Shown here: in pieces, positions 52,313 to 64,000 of the stretch | How positions within the stretch are numbered: position 1 is the first letter of the stretch | Layout of the letters: each line of letters begins with the position of its first letter | Assembly: GCA_951406725.2 (NCBI GenBank) | Contig: OX597821.1 | Coordinates: forward strand, 83,452,001-83,516,000 | DNA length: 64,000 nt | Origin: Octopus vulgaris | Lineage: Eukaryota | Direction: 5' to 3' | Made by a program: the position numbers and the translations under genes | The notes under the pieces: model-generated | Told to the model about the DNA's origin: nothing | What the model saw: only the letters and a program-made list of their open reading frames with translations | Databases searched by the model: none

Positions 52313-54650
52313 GCTTGTTAGTTCCATACTTGTAACAGTAGAATGAATAGTAGGAGGACAGATATTGGTAAAAACTCAGCAGTGTGATAGATATTGGAAA
52401 AAAATCCAATCAACAGGTACTATGTGATATCAATATTGATTTCTGACATTGACGCAAGGCCATCAAATTGGTATCAATATTAAATTAATCAATAGATGGT
52501 GTGTGTGATAATAAATAAATACCAATTAATGGTGTTTATATGATATCACTATGCAGCAACCGACAAATATCGAGTGATATTTCCACAGATCTACCAGTCT
52601 ACAGTTAGGTGTGTGTGTGTGTGTGTGTGTGTGATATGGCTGTGCCTGAATCAACAGACAGTATTTGATAGTAATAGCATACACCATTCAACAGTTAATG
52701 TAGGATATCAATATTCATTAAACAACGACAACAGCAACTGTGTGTGCCAATGATTCAATGGAATTATTTTGGTTATATGTCTGGTGTCTGACTGAAGACA
52801 GGCATTGCACACACTATGTTCTATGCTGAGTGCATAGGTCTCCATAAGGACAGAGAGCATCTCAATGCGAACAGAGAATATATGATTATATGGTTTCAAA
52901 TTTTGGCACAAGGCCAAAAATTTCAGGAGATGAGGTAAGTTGATTACATCGACCCCAGTGCTCAACTGAAACTTATTTCACTGACCCCAAAAGAATGAAA
53001 GGCGAAGTCGACCTCAGTGGAATTTGAACTCAGAATGTTAAACAAACTAGATGCTTTGCAAACAACTTGCAGGTGCAAGTGCTACCAGTTGAAATCGTAG
53101 AATACTGGATGCCAGCAAGTTTGTAGGGTCATCAGGAGAGAATGCGTACCATTTTGGAGCCAACCCCTCAATGGCATCATTGCACACTGGTCCCTGCCTG
53201 CTAGATCAACTGGTTATCAGATTTAGCTCAAAATTCTTCCAGCCATTGCTCATCGTCTCTTTTTAATCAAATCCAGTGGCTTGCTTCTTCCACTTTAGTT
53301 TGGATATCACTCATGATGGTATTTGCTTTATGATGAGTTAGGCCTAACCATAACAAAAGTCACCTCATGTTGTGTTCAATGAATCCTCTACATCCAATTT
53401 TGATTGGGAAATGCTCTGCTTTCCAGCCTGCGTCTTCACATTCCTCGGTGTGCAAATGATTCTGTTAGCTCAGTGCCTTAGGATATATGCCAATATGAGC
53501 AGAAAGCATAGTGAATATACTAATGCAGAAATAGTATATCACATGAATGTAAATAGATACTGTCACAATATTACATCAATATGGATCATCATCATCATCA
53601 CCATCATCGTTTAACGTCCATTCTCCATGCTAGCACGGGTTGGACGGTTCGACCGGGGTCTGGGAAGCCAGGGGCTGCACCAGGCTCCAGTCTGATCTGG
53701 CAGTGTTTCTACAGCTGGATGCCCTTCCTAACACCAACCACTCCGCGAGTGTAGTGGGTGCTTTTTACGTGCCACCTGCACAGGTGCCAGGGGAGTCCGG
53801 CATCGGCCATGATTGGTTGGTGCTTTTAACGTGCCACCGGCACGGAAGCCAGCCAAGGCGGCGCTGGCATCGGCCATGTTCGGATGGTGCTTTTTATGTG
53901 CCTCCACATGTGTGTGTGTGTATGTGTGTCAAAATGGGTATTAATTGTTGTTGTAGTTTAACCCTAAGTCAGGCTTTACCAAGGAGACCTATGATCAAAA
54001 ACATTCCAGGCATGACAAGTTTGTCTTTTCAAGGGTATTCTTTCTTTACTTTACTATGGCAGGGTGTAACATGAAGGATATTTGACTGCTATTTCTAGCA
54101 AGTTGAGACCCACTCATTGGTTAGTGGATGCAAGTTATTTTATCAATGTAGACACATTAGATGGCAGACAGTTTTGTTCTGAATCAGTGAATATATATTA
54201 TTTTTATGGCAGTCTATAAAACAAACTCATAACATTTCAACTGAATTAAAGTGACATGACGAACATTACATCAGGCTTGACAAATATTTATTTATTTATC
54301 AATCAGTCTTGAACTATTTATAAGCTAATTTCTACTTCCACGGCTAATTCATAAATATTCATCACATGACAGTATTTCTTTAAACATAGAGTCACACACT
54401 TAAGGATGATGGCTAAAAGAGCAAAAGATCAACAGCTCATATTTTATCTCAGATGCTAAACCATCTTCGGTATCATAAGTAGGTACCATAACATCAACCC
54501 TTAGCCCACAAGTACACAAGATAGACTTAGTTTTTGAACTTAACATTTTGCAAACCTTCAATTGTGATACAGTTCTTGCCCACTACCACACCTCCGTCAT
54601 ACCTCACCTCAAATGCCTCTGACACCTAGTCAGTTCATAAGCTGCTTTAA

Positions 54651-54853
54651 CTCTTTTGATACCAGTCTACCTGAGACTACCTGATTCTACAGTACAGAAC
54701 CTCATGCATTATCTTGTAGCGTCGAGATTTCAATGATGTGATTGTATATATTTAGGATGACATTATAAAGTAGGTATTAGAGACTGGATCTTGTTGGTCT
54801 GAACATAAAACAGGGTATTTGGGCCGGAAATAGCCAGTTTAAATACTAAAGGG
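54651..54853. mobile_element. piggyBac-like MITE
   Basis: TTAA|CTCTTTT ... AAAGGG|TTAA. A related TTAA|CCCTTT-starting fragment lies at ~7423-7640. Confidence 0.5.
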
Positions 54854-55359
54854 TTAAATATGGACTCTTGAAAATAAGAGGTTTCTGTTTAAACAAGAAA
54901 GCATAGACAGTAACAAAATGGTTAAAGCAGTGTTTCCCAAACTCTTCAAAACTTACAAAAAGAATAAAAAAATAGTCAAAAGTACCATCCCAGTTGACAA
55001 ATACCTGTCATGACAATCACTCAGACTGCCTCCACTCTACACATTTTTTTTTTTTTTATGCATCCTTTTTAAGCCTAGCCAGGCTCATGGGCCCGGTTTC
55101 CCAGTTTTTATGGGTATGTGTTTCCCCCAGCTAAATGGGATGCCAGTCCATCGCAGCATTACTCAAAAAACAGGAAGAAAGAGTGAGAGAAAGTTGTAGC
55201 GAAAGAGTACAACAGGGGCCCCCCCCCCCGCCAGAGTCTCGTGGAGCTTTTAGGTGTTTTCACTCAATAAACACCCACAACGCCCGGTCTGAGAATCGAA
55301 ACCGCAATCCTCCGACCGCGAGTCCGCTGCCCTAACCACTGAGCCATTATGTCTCCACT

Positions 55360-55592
55360 TATGCCAAGCTCATAAGGGCCGGTTTTCCGGTTTCAGTGGC
55401 ACAGAAATTCCCCACCTGGATGGGACGCCGGTCCGTCGCAAGATTACTCAGTTTTGCCAGCTGAGTGGACCGGAGCAACGTGAAAATGAAGTGTTTTGCT
55501 CAAGAACACAATGCGTCGCCCGGTCCAGGAATTAAAACCACAACCTTACGATCATGAGTTCAACACCCTAACCACTAAGCCATGTGCCTCCA
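55360..55592 (-). mobile_element. Third tRNA-head SINE family
   Basis: Minus strand GGAGGCACATGGCTTAGTGGTTAGGGTG...GGTTTAATTCCTGGACC...GTTCTTGAGCAAAACACTT. Related copies at 18380-18615, 55065-55360 and 61710-61975. Confidence 0.8.
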
Positions 55593-56383
55593 CAGTCTAC
55601 ACATACTCTACACATTTATACAGAGTTTCATTCTAGAAGTCAACTCACTGTAATATCTCTTCTAAACATTGATCTCTGACATTTTGAAATTAATATTGAT
55701 CTCCTTTTGATCTATAGACAAATTTTTTTTATGTATATTTTAACTGTTATATAATATAACACCAGATATATTCCTGGTACTGGTGGTTATTTTAAGAATT
55801 TTATAATGAAGAAGGTTGAAAACCATTAACTCAGAATGTCTATAGAGGAAGCTAGATATTGCAGGTCAAACCCTTCATTATTCGGCAAGCTATAACTTAC
55901 ACTTCAAGCTTGGTATTAACTGTATCAATCTCACGTATTTCCCACACCTCAATCTCAGGCTGAAAGGACTGTTAAAGTCAGTGACAATGCATTTTAGATT
56001 TAATAATTGATTTCTCACAAGGCACAAGACCTCCCAGATTTATAACAGCATTGTGCACATAAATGCATTGCCCAAAGACAAAAATGAAAAGAAGTGATTA
56101 TGAAATCTACTAACGACATGCATAATCCACACTTTAACACTTGCTGTGTGATATCGCAATGGACTACAATCCCACAGTACACTACCTACTGTGTGATACC
56201 ATTGTATACCAGTGAATAGCTACATAATGAGCAAAGACCACAACAGTACAAGGCCAATGAACTGTGCACAGTTCAGTGCTTTTGCAATTGCTGTGTGTTC
56301 TTCAAAACTTCAGTTCTCATAGGCAATTAAAATGACGTAAATATATATATAAAAAAAAATGAAATACATAAATTTCAACGTAC

Positions 56384-56509
56384 CTGGGGTGTGGCTTCTG
56401 GAGAGATGGGGTCATTGTTGACAGTAGTATTGTCACAGTCAGGTAAGTTTTGCTCAGGAAAATTTCTCAAGGAAACTGCTGTAGATATATCAAAGGCCAT
56501 GTTTGCCAT
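56384..56509 (-). CDS. MSH5: Probable MSH5 start-codon exon (exon 56571-56384; 62 nt 5'UTR plus 42 codons)
   Basis: Acceptor ttttctattacag| at 56572 and strong donor CAG|gtacgt. An in-frame TGA lies directly before the ATG. Encodes MANMAFDISTAVSLRNFPEQNLPDCDNTTVNNDPISPEATPQ, ending in phase 0 as required by the 12036 exon. The length fits the poorly conserved MSH5 leader. Linkage to MSH5 is inferred, not shown by homology. Confidence 0.55.
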
Positions 56510-59150
56510 TCAAAAATGAATAAAGCAACAGCTATAAAATTTTCTTCTTGAAGTCAGAAGTAGAATGAGATCTGTAATAGAAAACATCAGAGAGAAATAA
56601 GTCAACCTGTTTGTTTGTATGTTTGTGTATTGAGTTGTTAATAATATTACAAAGTAGGAGGAATATGTGTGGCAGAAACAATAGCGTTGCCCTGAGTTAT
56701 TATTGAATTACTATGCCTTTTAACTTTCTGAGTTCAAATCCACCTGATGTGAACCTTTACCTTTTATCATTCATCAGATAGGTCCTTAAATAGAATATCA
56801 TTCAAATACAAAATTCAATGACATTGTGTGGCATTGTTCCTATGTTAGTAATCTCTATTTAGTTGGAGGTTTCAGCTCTTTACGTTCTGAGTTCAAACTC
56901 CACTGAGGTTGATTTTGCCTTTCATCCTTTCTGGAGTCAATGAAAGAAGTACCAGTTGAGCAATGAAAGAGTACCATTCGATGTACTTGATTTTCCTCTC
57001 CCCTCAAAATCACAGGCCTTGTGTCAAAATTAGAAACAACTATTTAGTCGGAGATGGAAAAGTTGATTAGGGATATTCGGTCACTTTCAGTCTGCAGAGA
57101 AAACATGGACAGTTCCAGAGAGTTGTTGCACTTTGGGGAAGGTAAGACTCGGAAAAGGGTTTGGGGTGAGAGGTAACAGGAATGATGAGAGGAGCAGTGG
57201 CAACTACATTGTATAGAACTGATCTACTTTAAGGTATCTTATATAATACTCTAATGTTTCTGTCAAATAACCATAACCATATTGAAACTGATAACTATTT
57301 TACTTGTTTCAGTCATTTGACTGTGGCCATGCTGGAGCACCGCCTTTAGTCGAGCAAATTGACCGCAGGACTTATTCTTTGTAAGCCTAGTACTTATTCT
57401 ATCAGTCTCTTTTGCTGAACTGCTAAGTGACGGGGACATAAACACACCAGCATCGGTTGTCAGGCATTGCTAGGGGGACAAACACAGACACACAAACATA
57501 CACACATATATATATACATATATATGATGGGCTTCTTTGAGTTTCTGTCTACCAAATCCACTCACAAGGATTTGGTTGATCGGAGGCTATAGAAGAAGAC
57601 ACTTGCCCAAGGTGTCACGCAGTTGGACTGATCCCGGAACCATGTGGTTGGTAAGCAAGCTACTTACCACACAGCCACTCCTGCGCCTAATAACTATTTG
57701 ATAACTATTTTTGTTTTCTGCATACACATAGAAGGTAATTTTTTTTTCTTCTACAGAGAAAAATAACTGAAAGATGTTAACTATCTCAAAAAAAAAAAAA
57801 CCAAAAGGGCAGAAAATTATAAAATTATAAATAAACAAACAGGCCATATAAAAAAAGACATAACTATATGTAGTTGAGTGCTTTACTATTTTTTGCAAAT
57901 ATACCACTTTCTTTGGATTAAATAATGAAAAACTAGTCATTCTTACATATTTCATCAGTCAATTAGTTATCTTGATTTCTTAACAGCTAGAATTGGCACA
58001 ATACTATAATATATAAAATGGCATTTAGTTTTATGCTTCTTGGTTGTAAGTTCAACTCCCACTAAGATCAGCTTACCTTTCAACCCAGCAATATACCATG
58101 GTTGAATGAATTAACTTCTCCTCTAATATAATTTGTCTTAAAAGATATTGTGAATGCAGGCAGTGGTGTTGTCTATGATAACATCACTATCACAATCATC
58201 ATTTTCATTATAATCATTCTTCTTTTTCTAGTAGACTGTTTTTTTGTTTTTTTTTGTGTGAGTGTTGGAAAGATTTGGAGAAATCTACACGGACAGCATT
58301 TCCTTATCATTACATCTGCAGTGTACATGTTTCACAACCACAGAAAAATATTTGTGTACAGAAAAAAATATAAACATCAGTAAAATAAGATGAGAATAAA
58401 ATGAACATAGGCACAAGTATGGCTGTGTTGTAGGAAGTTTGTTTCCCAATCACATGGTCCTGGGTTCAGTCCAAACGCATTGCACCTTAGGCAATAGTCT
58501 TCAACTATAGCCTCAGACCAACTAAAGAAGCCTGTTGTGTGTGTCTTTGTGTCTGTGTTTGTCCCCCACCACCAACTGGTATTGGTATGCTTACATCCCC
58601 ATAACATAGTGGTTCAGCAAAAGAGAGTGATAGAATAAGTGTTTTTATATACCCTGGCTTATTCTCCATTTTTTTTTTAGGAGTAAGTAACCAGAACAAG
58701 ACACACACCAGGCATTCCATTTATTTCCCAGCTCAAAGAGACAAGCCCCGTTCTATGCTCGGGTCAAGGCTTAGAACGCAACCCCCAATATCAGCAGCAG
58801 GGCCCGACAACAAACGCTGGTTTACCCCTGCCACATCATGCTGGTTCCGTACCCCTTTGAGCAACATCAAATTCACTTTGGAGAGTTTTTGTGGAGAGTG
58901 TTTTGGAGAGTATTTGTGGATGGCCACAAACACTCTCCAAGTTTTCCTACCATTTATAAACTCTCTGGCCTTTCTCACTCCAACACACCTTCAAGATGGT
59001 GCCCCAGCATAGCCGCAGTCTAATGACCAAAACAAGTAAAAGATAGAAGATAGTCTTAAGGCATCTACAAAGGGACCTTGCAGCAGTAAGGGATCATACC
59101 TTTCTACTATTTCACTTGTTTATAGCCCAAATTATTATATATATTAAAGA

Positions 59151-60847
59151 CTAGCAGTATCGCCCGGCGTTGCTCGGGTTTGTTTCGACCCGCTGGAATT
59201 GTAATTTTGAAAAGTAAAAATTTTGTGAACATTTTTCTGGTTGAAATACACTGAAAAGTGGCGACACAGCAGTGAAAAAAATCGTAAAAAATAGGGATTT
59301 TCATAGAAAAAAGCATCTTTTTTGATGTAAATAATTTTTGGTGTTAACATGGTCCGATTTGAATTTTATGTTCTACGGAAGGAAGAGCAACCCTTCTTCT
59401 ACCATACTCTCAATTTTGGTCAACTTGCGCCGCAGGGTCTCGGAGGAGATAGTGTTAGTTGAAGGTTACCATTCTAGGTGCCTGAGTAACAACCTCGCGG
59501 ATTTACAGATAAATGAATTAATTACTATTTTACAGAATAAAATTAAATAATTCTTGAAAATTAATTAATATTAATATTTTTTGAACAAAGTAAATAATTT
59601 TTAAAACTTAAATAATAATTTTTTTTACACAAACGCGAACGGGGAAAAGGGGGTGGCAAATTCGATTTACATACCTAAATTTTTTCTTTTTCATGACATT
59701 GTAGCAAAATAGTAGTGAATTATATAAATACCAGCAGTACATTTTTTTTTCTGGGGTATTTTTTTCAACCTCGTCACATATTTGCCCCTTTCAATTTAAA
59801 CAAAGTCTTAATTAAGCAATTACGGCAGCTTAGCAATGGTTTCAATACAGGCGTGACATCTGTATCTCAATTGTTCAAAACCCTTCGAATTTTTTCGCAC
59901 GTGATGATATCATAGTGAAAACTTTCAATTACGCGCGCTTAGAAGTACGCTCGCAAATTAATACTACCAAAATTTTGAAGTTCGTGCTCCGCTTGTGTGT
60001 GTGTGTGTGCGTGCTTTAGGTGTACGTAGGTATGTGTTTTTGTGTGTGTGTGTCACTGAAGCAATACATACATATATACATACATAACTCTCTCTCTCTT
60101 TTCTCTCTCAGTCACTCACTACAAAAAGTGAATAAAAAAAGTTCAGTTATTTCTGTCTTTCACTCTGTCTGTCTCTTTACACACACTAACAAAAGCACTT
60201 CACTTACACACCACACTTTCTCTGTCGCACAACCCATCAAACACACACACACACACTCACGCACGCACACATGTACATCAATGCTTTCGGAGTGAAATGT
60301 TAAAATATTGAGTTTTCTCGAATTTTGTCTTAATTGGGGGTGAAATTGAAAGAAATATATTATGGCATGACCGAATGGAGTACTTTGAAAAATCTTAGGT
60401 AAACTCTAATTGAAGAAATTGTGTGAGGAGTAAATCGTTATGTATTTATTTGTTTCTGTTTGCTGTGTTTTTTTATTTTTTGAGTAGTGGTTTAAATACT
60501 TTCAGTTTAGTCTTCCTCAAATCACTCTGTCGCTATTTACTCTCTTCCAATTACTTTCATTTTATTCGTTGCACACTGTGTGTGTGCGTGTGCGTGTGGT
60601 GTAAACCACATTAAGAAAAGCATTTGACATACACACCAGAATGTGAGTTTTCTGTAAATTTTGCTTAATTGGAGTTTAAATTTTAAAAACTGGACCTGGC
60701 ATGACCCGATGCATTCTACTCTTAAAAATGCTAGGTAAATTGTAATTGAAGAAATCCTATATTGTAGATTTCTATAAGTTACAAAGGGAGGCAGATAAAA
60801 TCTGCCTTTTATAATAAGAGATAAAATCTGCCTTTTATAATAAGAGA
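59151..60847 (-). mobile_element. Non-autonomous Helitron (~1.7 kb)
   Basis: On the minus strand: host A|TC 5' end (TCTCTTATTATAAAAG), 3' GC-rich hairpin CCCGAGCAACGCCGGG, then CTAG|T. No TSD. CpG-richer than the flanks; no RepHel ORF. Confidence 0.85.
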
Positions 60848-63587
60848 TAAATGTGATTAACGAGTTTTAAAGAGTTCAACTGTTCTACTATTTCATTTAC
60901 TAATAGACCATGGCAGTGGATTGGTAGAATCGTTAGTGTCGGATACAATGCCTTACAGTATTTGTTTCAACTTTCAGTGTTTTGAGTTCAAGTCCTGTCG
61001 AGGTCAACTTTGCCCTTCATCCTTTCAGCTTTCATTTAAAAACAAGCAGCAGTCCAGAGTGTTGGATTGGTGAAATTGTTAGAGAATATGATAGGATGCT
61101 GGGCAATCTGTTCTAGCTCTGTACATTCTGAGTTCAAATCTCACCCTGGAACCAAAATAGCTTTTACTTGTTTCAGTCAACAGACTGTGTCCGTGCTGGG
61201 GCACTACCTTAAAGAATTTTTAGTCAAACGAACTGACCCCAGTACTTACTTATTTTTAAAAGCCTGGTACTAATTTTGTCAGTTTCTTTTGCCGAACCAC
61301 TAAGTTACGGGGACATAAACACATGAACACTAGTTGCCAAGTGGTGAAAGATACATTTCTTTCAGAGGCTGCAAATAACAGATCGTATCCATAATTTGTA
61401 AAAACCAATGGAAACAGTTTACTTGGTTTGATCAGAAAGTTGGCCCGAGTGATATCACATTAATTTTTCTCTCAGATGAAGAGTAGAGACTTGAACATTA
61501 CATCTTGCAATCTGAATCTACTAAGTTCTTCCATTAACCAATTGTTGTCAAAGCAGAACATCAGCTTCCTTAGATTTCTTTGGATTTTATCCTGTTTCAG
61601 CATTGCCCAACCACTTTCGTTTTTCTTTCAGAGTAAAGCACCAGACAATCAGATAAGAAGTTTAGCAGCTCAAAACTGTTCCTGGCATTGTCTGTGTCTT
61701 TGGTTCAGACACTTAGCTCTTAATGGCCAAGTAAAGCTGCCTTCTCAAGACATACTGACTGATAAGGGATGGTTTCCTAGTTTCCGTGGCGCATATATTC
61801 TCCACCTGGACAGGACACAGGTCTGTCGCAGGATTACTCATTTTTGCCAGCTGAGTGGACTGGAGAAATATGAAATGAAATATTTTGCTCAGGAGCACTA
61901 CTCATCGCCCAACTAGGAAGTGAAACCACAATCTTATGATCATGAGTCCAACACCCTAACCACTAAGCCACACCACCACCACAGCTATAAATTGGTGCCA
62001 CAGGTAAATATGGCACACTGTAGTAAGTGACAGCAATGCTGCAGAACTGATGACTTCAGGCTTATATATAAATTAAGCTACCTACAATAGATTAACATGC
62101 TATCCAAAGGAAGATGTGTTTAAACCAATGATGATATGCAATTGTTGTGATATAGAAAAGGCTTAGCCTTGATGTCTTCAAAGCTTACCCAGTTGTTATT
62201 GCTGATTTTTAGCAACATATGTCTCATAACTGAACAAAGTTTCTGATCAAAAGCCTCCCTTTTAATTTGGATATGTTGTAAATGAAGAACTACATTATTA
62301 AATGTGCCCATTTTTATCTTTTTTGTTTAAGATGGTATGGTGTGATTTGAGGGAGGTTTGGCTATTATTTTCAGCAGTTTGAACAACTACACAGAGGCTT
62401 AATCCAGGGCTGTCAGTCAATATGCTTCAATGTACAAATTTCTAAAGTAACATGCATTGACTTTTGTTTATATGTATTTGTTGTAACTGCAAGTGTTTGT
62501 GTGTGTGTGTGTACATGTGCATGAGAGAGAAAGAGAGAGAGAGGGGGTGTATATATGTGCATGTGTGTGTGTGTATGTGTGTGTGCATTCTATTGATCTG
62601 GGAAAGTTGTCATTGAAATTACTTGTGAGCCTAGTTACTAAAAATCTCAGTCTGATCCTAAATTTTACAAATATAGTGCTTGAAAAAATAAACAAAGCAT
62701 CAATAGATGAGGTCCCTGGTTGGTTTAAGTCTGCCCAAATAAGTATAATTAAGTGCCTTGCTCAAGAATATACCAACAACCGGATATAAACTCCACACTC
62801 TGCAGTCAGGAAGTAGCTTAGACACCAACGGTATATAATGTCTTATAACTGAGACAAGGCACAGAAAATACTGACGGAAGCTACCAGACAGACTTCTGTA
62901 ACCTATGACTGTATTAGAAGACAATAGCTAGTTAAGTGACAACAATGTCCTCGTTATATATATATATTTAGTAGTTAATAAAAGCTTTCATCAAAGGTTG
63001 CTTTAATTATTAGTCTACAGAGGCTGAAGAAATCAACATTTTTACTCTTTTCATACATGTACACACACACAAACACACACACACACACACACAAAGTTTT
63101 AAAATTCCATATAATATATTCTTAGAAACATTTCTTTAAGGAGGTAGTTGTTGCTTCTAGTTTTGGTTTAAAGAAGACAAAATTGTTAATGCTCAAAATA
63201 CATGCAAATACACACACAGAGACACAGACACACACAAACGTGTGTGTGTATATGTGTGTGTATATATATATATATATACACACACACACAAACTCATATA
63301 TACATACATGTGTATATATGTACATATGTGTGTGTAGATACATAGAGAGAGACAGACAGACAGATAGACAGACTGATACAGATATATTATATACCTAAGA
63401 ATGTGAGTGCATGAGCATATATCATCATCATCATTTAACGTCCGCCTTCCATGCTAGCATGGGTTGGACGGTTCAACTGGGGTCTGGGGAGCCCGAAAGC
63501 TGCACCAGTCCAGTCAGATCTGGCAGTGTTTCTACAGCTGGATGCCCTTCCTAACGCCAACCACTCCGAGAGTGTAGTGGGTGATTT

Positions 63588-63870
63588 TATGTGCCACCGA
63601 CACAGGTGCCAGATGAGGCTGGCAAACGGCCACGCTCGGATGGTGTTTTTTATGTGCCACCGACACAGGTGCCAGACGAGGCTGGCAGACGGCCACGCTC
63701 GGATGGTGTTTTTATGTGCCACCGACACAGGTGCCAGATGAGGCTGGCAAAACGGCCACGATCGGATGGTGCTTGTTACGTGCCCACAGCACGGAGGCCA
63801 GTCGATGCGGTACTGGCTACGGCCACGTTCGGATGGTTTTCTTGTGTGCCACGTGCCACCGGCACTGGTA
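63588..63870. repeat. ~59-bp tandem repeat (3 close plus 1-2 diverged units) inside an RTE 3'UTR
   Basis: Unit TGTGCCACCGACACAGGTGCCAGA(T/C)GAGGCTGGCA(A/G)ACGGCCACGCTCGGATGGTGTTTTT(T)A. Confidence 0.9.
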
Positions 63871-64000
63871 CCACAAGGATACAAATTTCATTGATGTTCA
63901 TCTATTTTGATTTGTTTTGATTTTCACTTGCCTCAACAGGTCTTCACAAGTGTCACAGGTGGACTGACTACGTCCCAGGTAGGGGCCATGGGTTATGGCC

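Noticed and set aside
63588-63870. Regularly spaced repeats resembling a CRISPR array
   Set aside because: Head-to-tail tandem units without unique spacers, inside a eukaryotic retroelement, with no cas genes.

Overview
AT-rich, repeat-saturated animal DNA. The SINE, RTE, mariner and microsatellite content looks like an Octopus (coleoid cephalopod) genome; this is inferred from repeat style. The only recognisable host gene is MSH5 (meiotic MutS homolog 5) on the minus strand. It has two well-supported exons (12036-11913 and 5396-5316) and a probable ATG exon at 56571-56384, which implies a ~44.3 kb intron. The rest is mostly intronic: many tRNA-head SINEs, RTE and CR1/L2-group LINE remnants, four mariner relics, four hAT MITEs with 8-bp TSDs, a 1.7 kb non-autonomous Helitron, a Helentron-like element, fold-back elements, a 38-nt U2 snRNA fragment and long microsatellites. 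Almost all ORFs in the supplied track are repeat or microsatellite artefacts. The most intriguing signal is speculative: a minus-strand promoter-like island near 52.2 kb, followed by phase-compatible short exons inside the large MSH5 intron that could encode a small secreted orphan protein.
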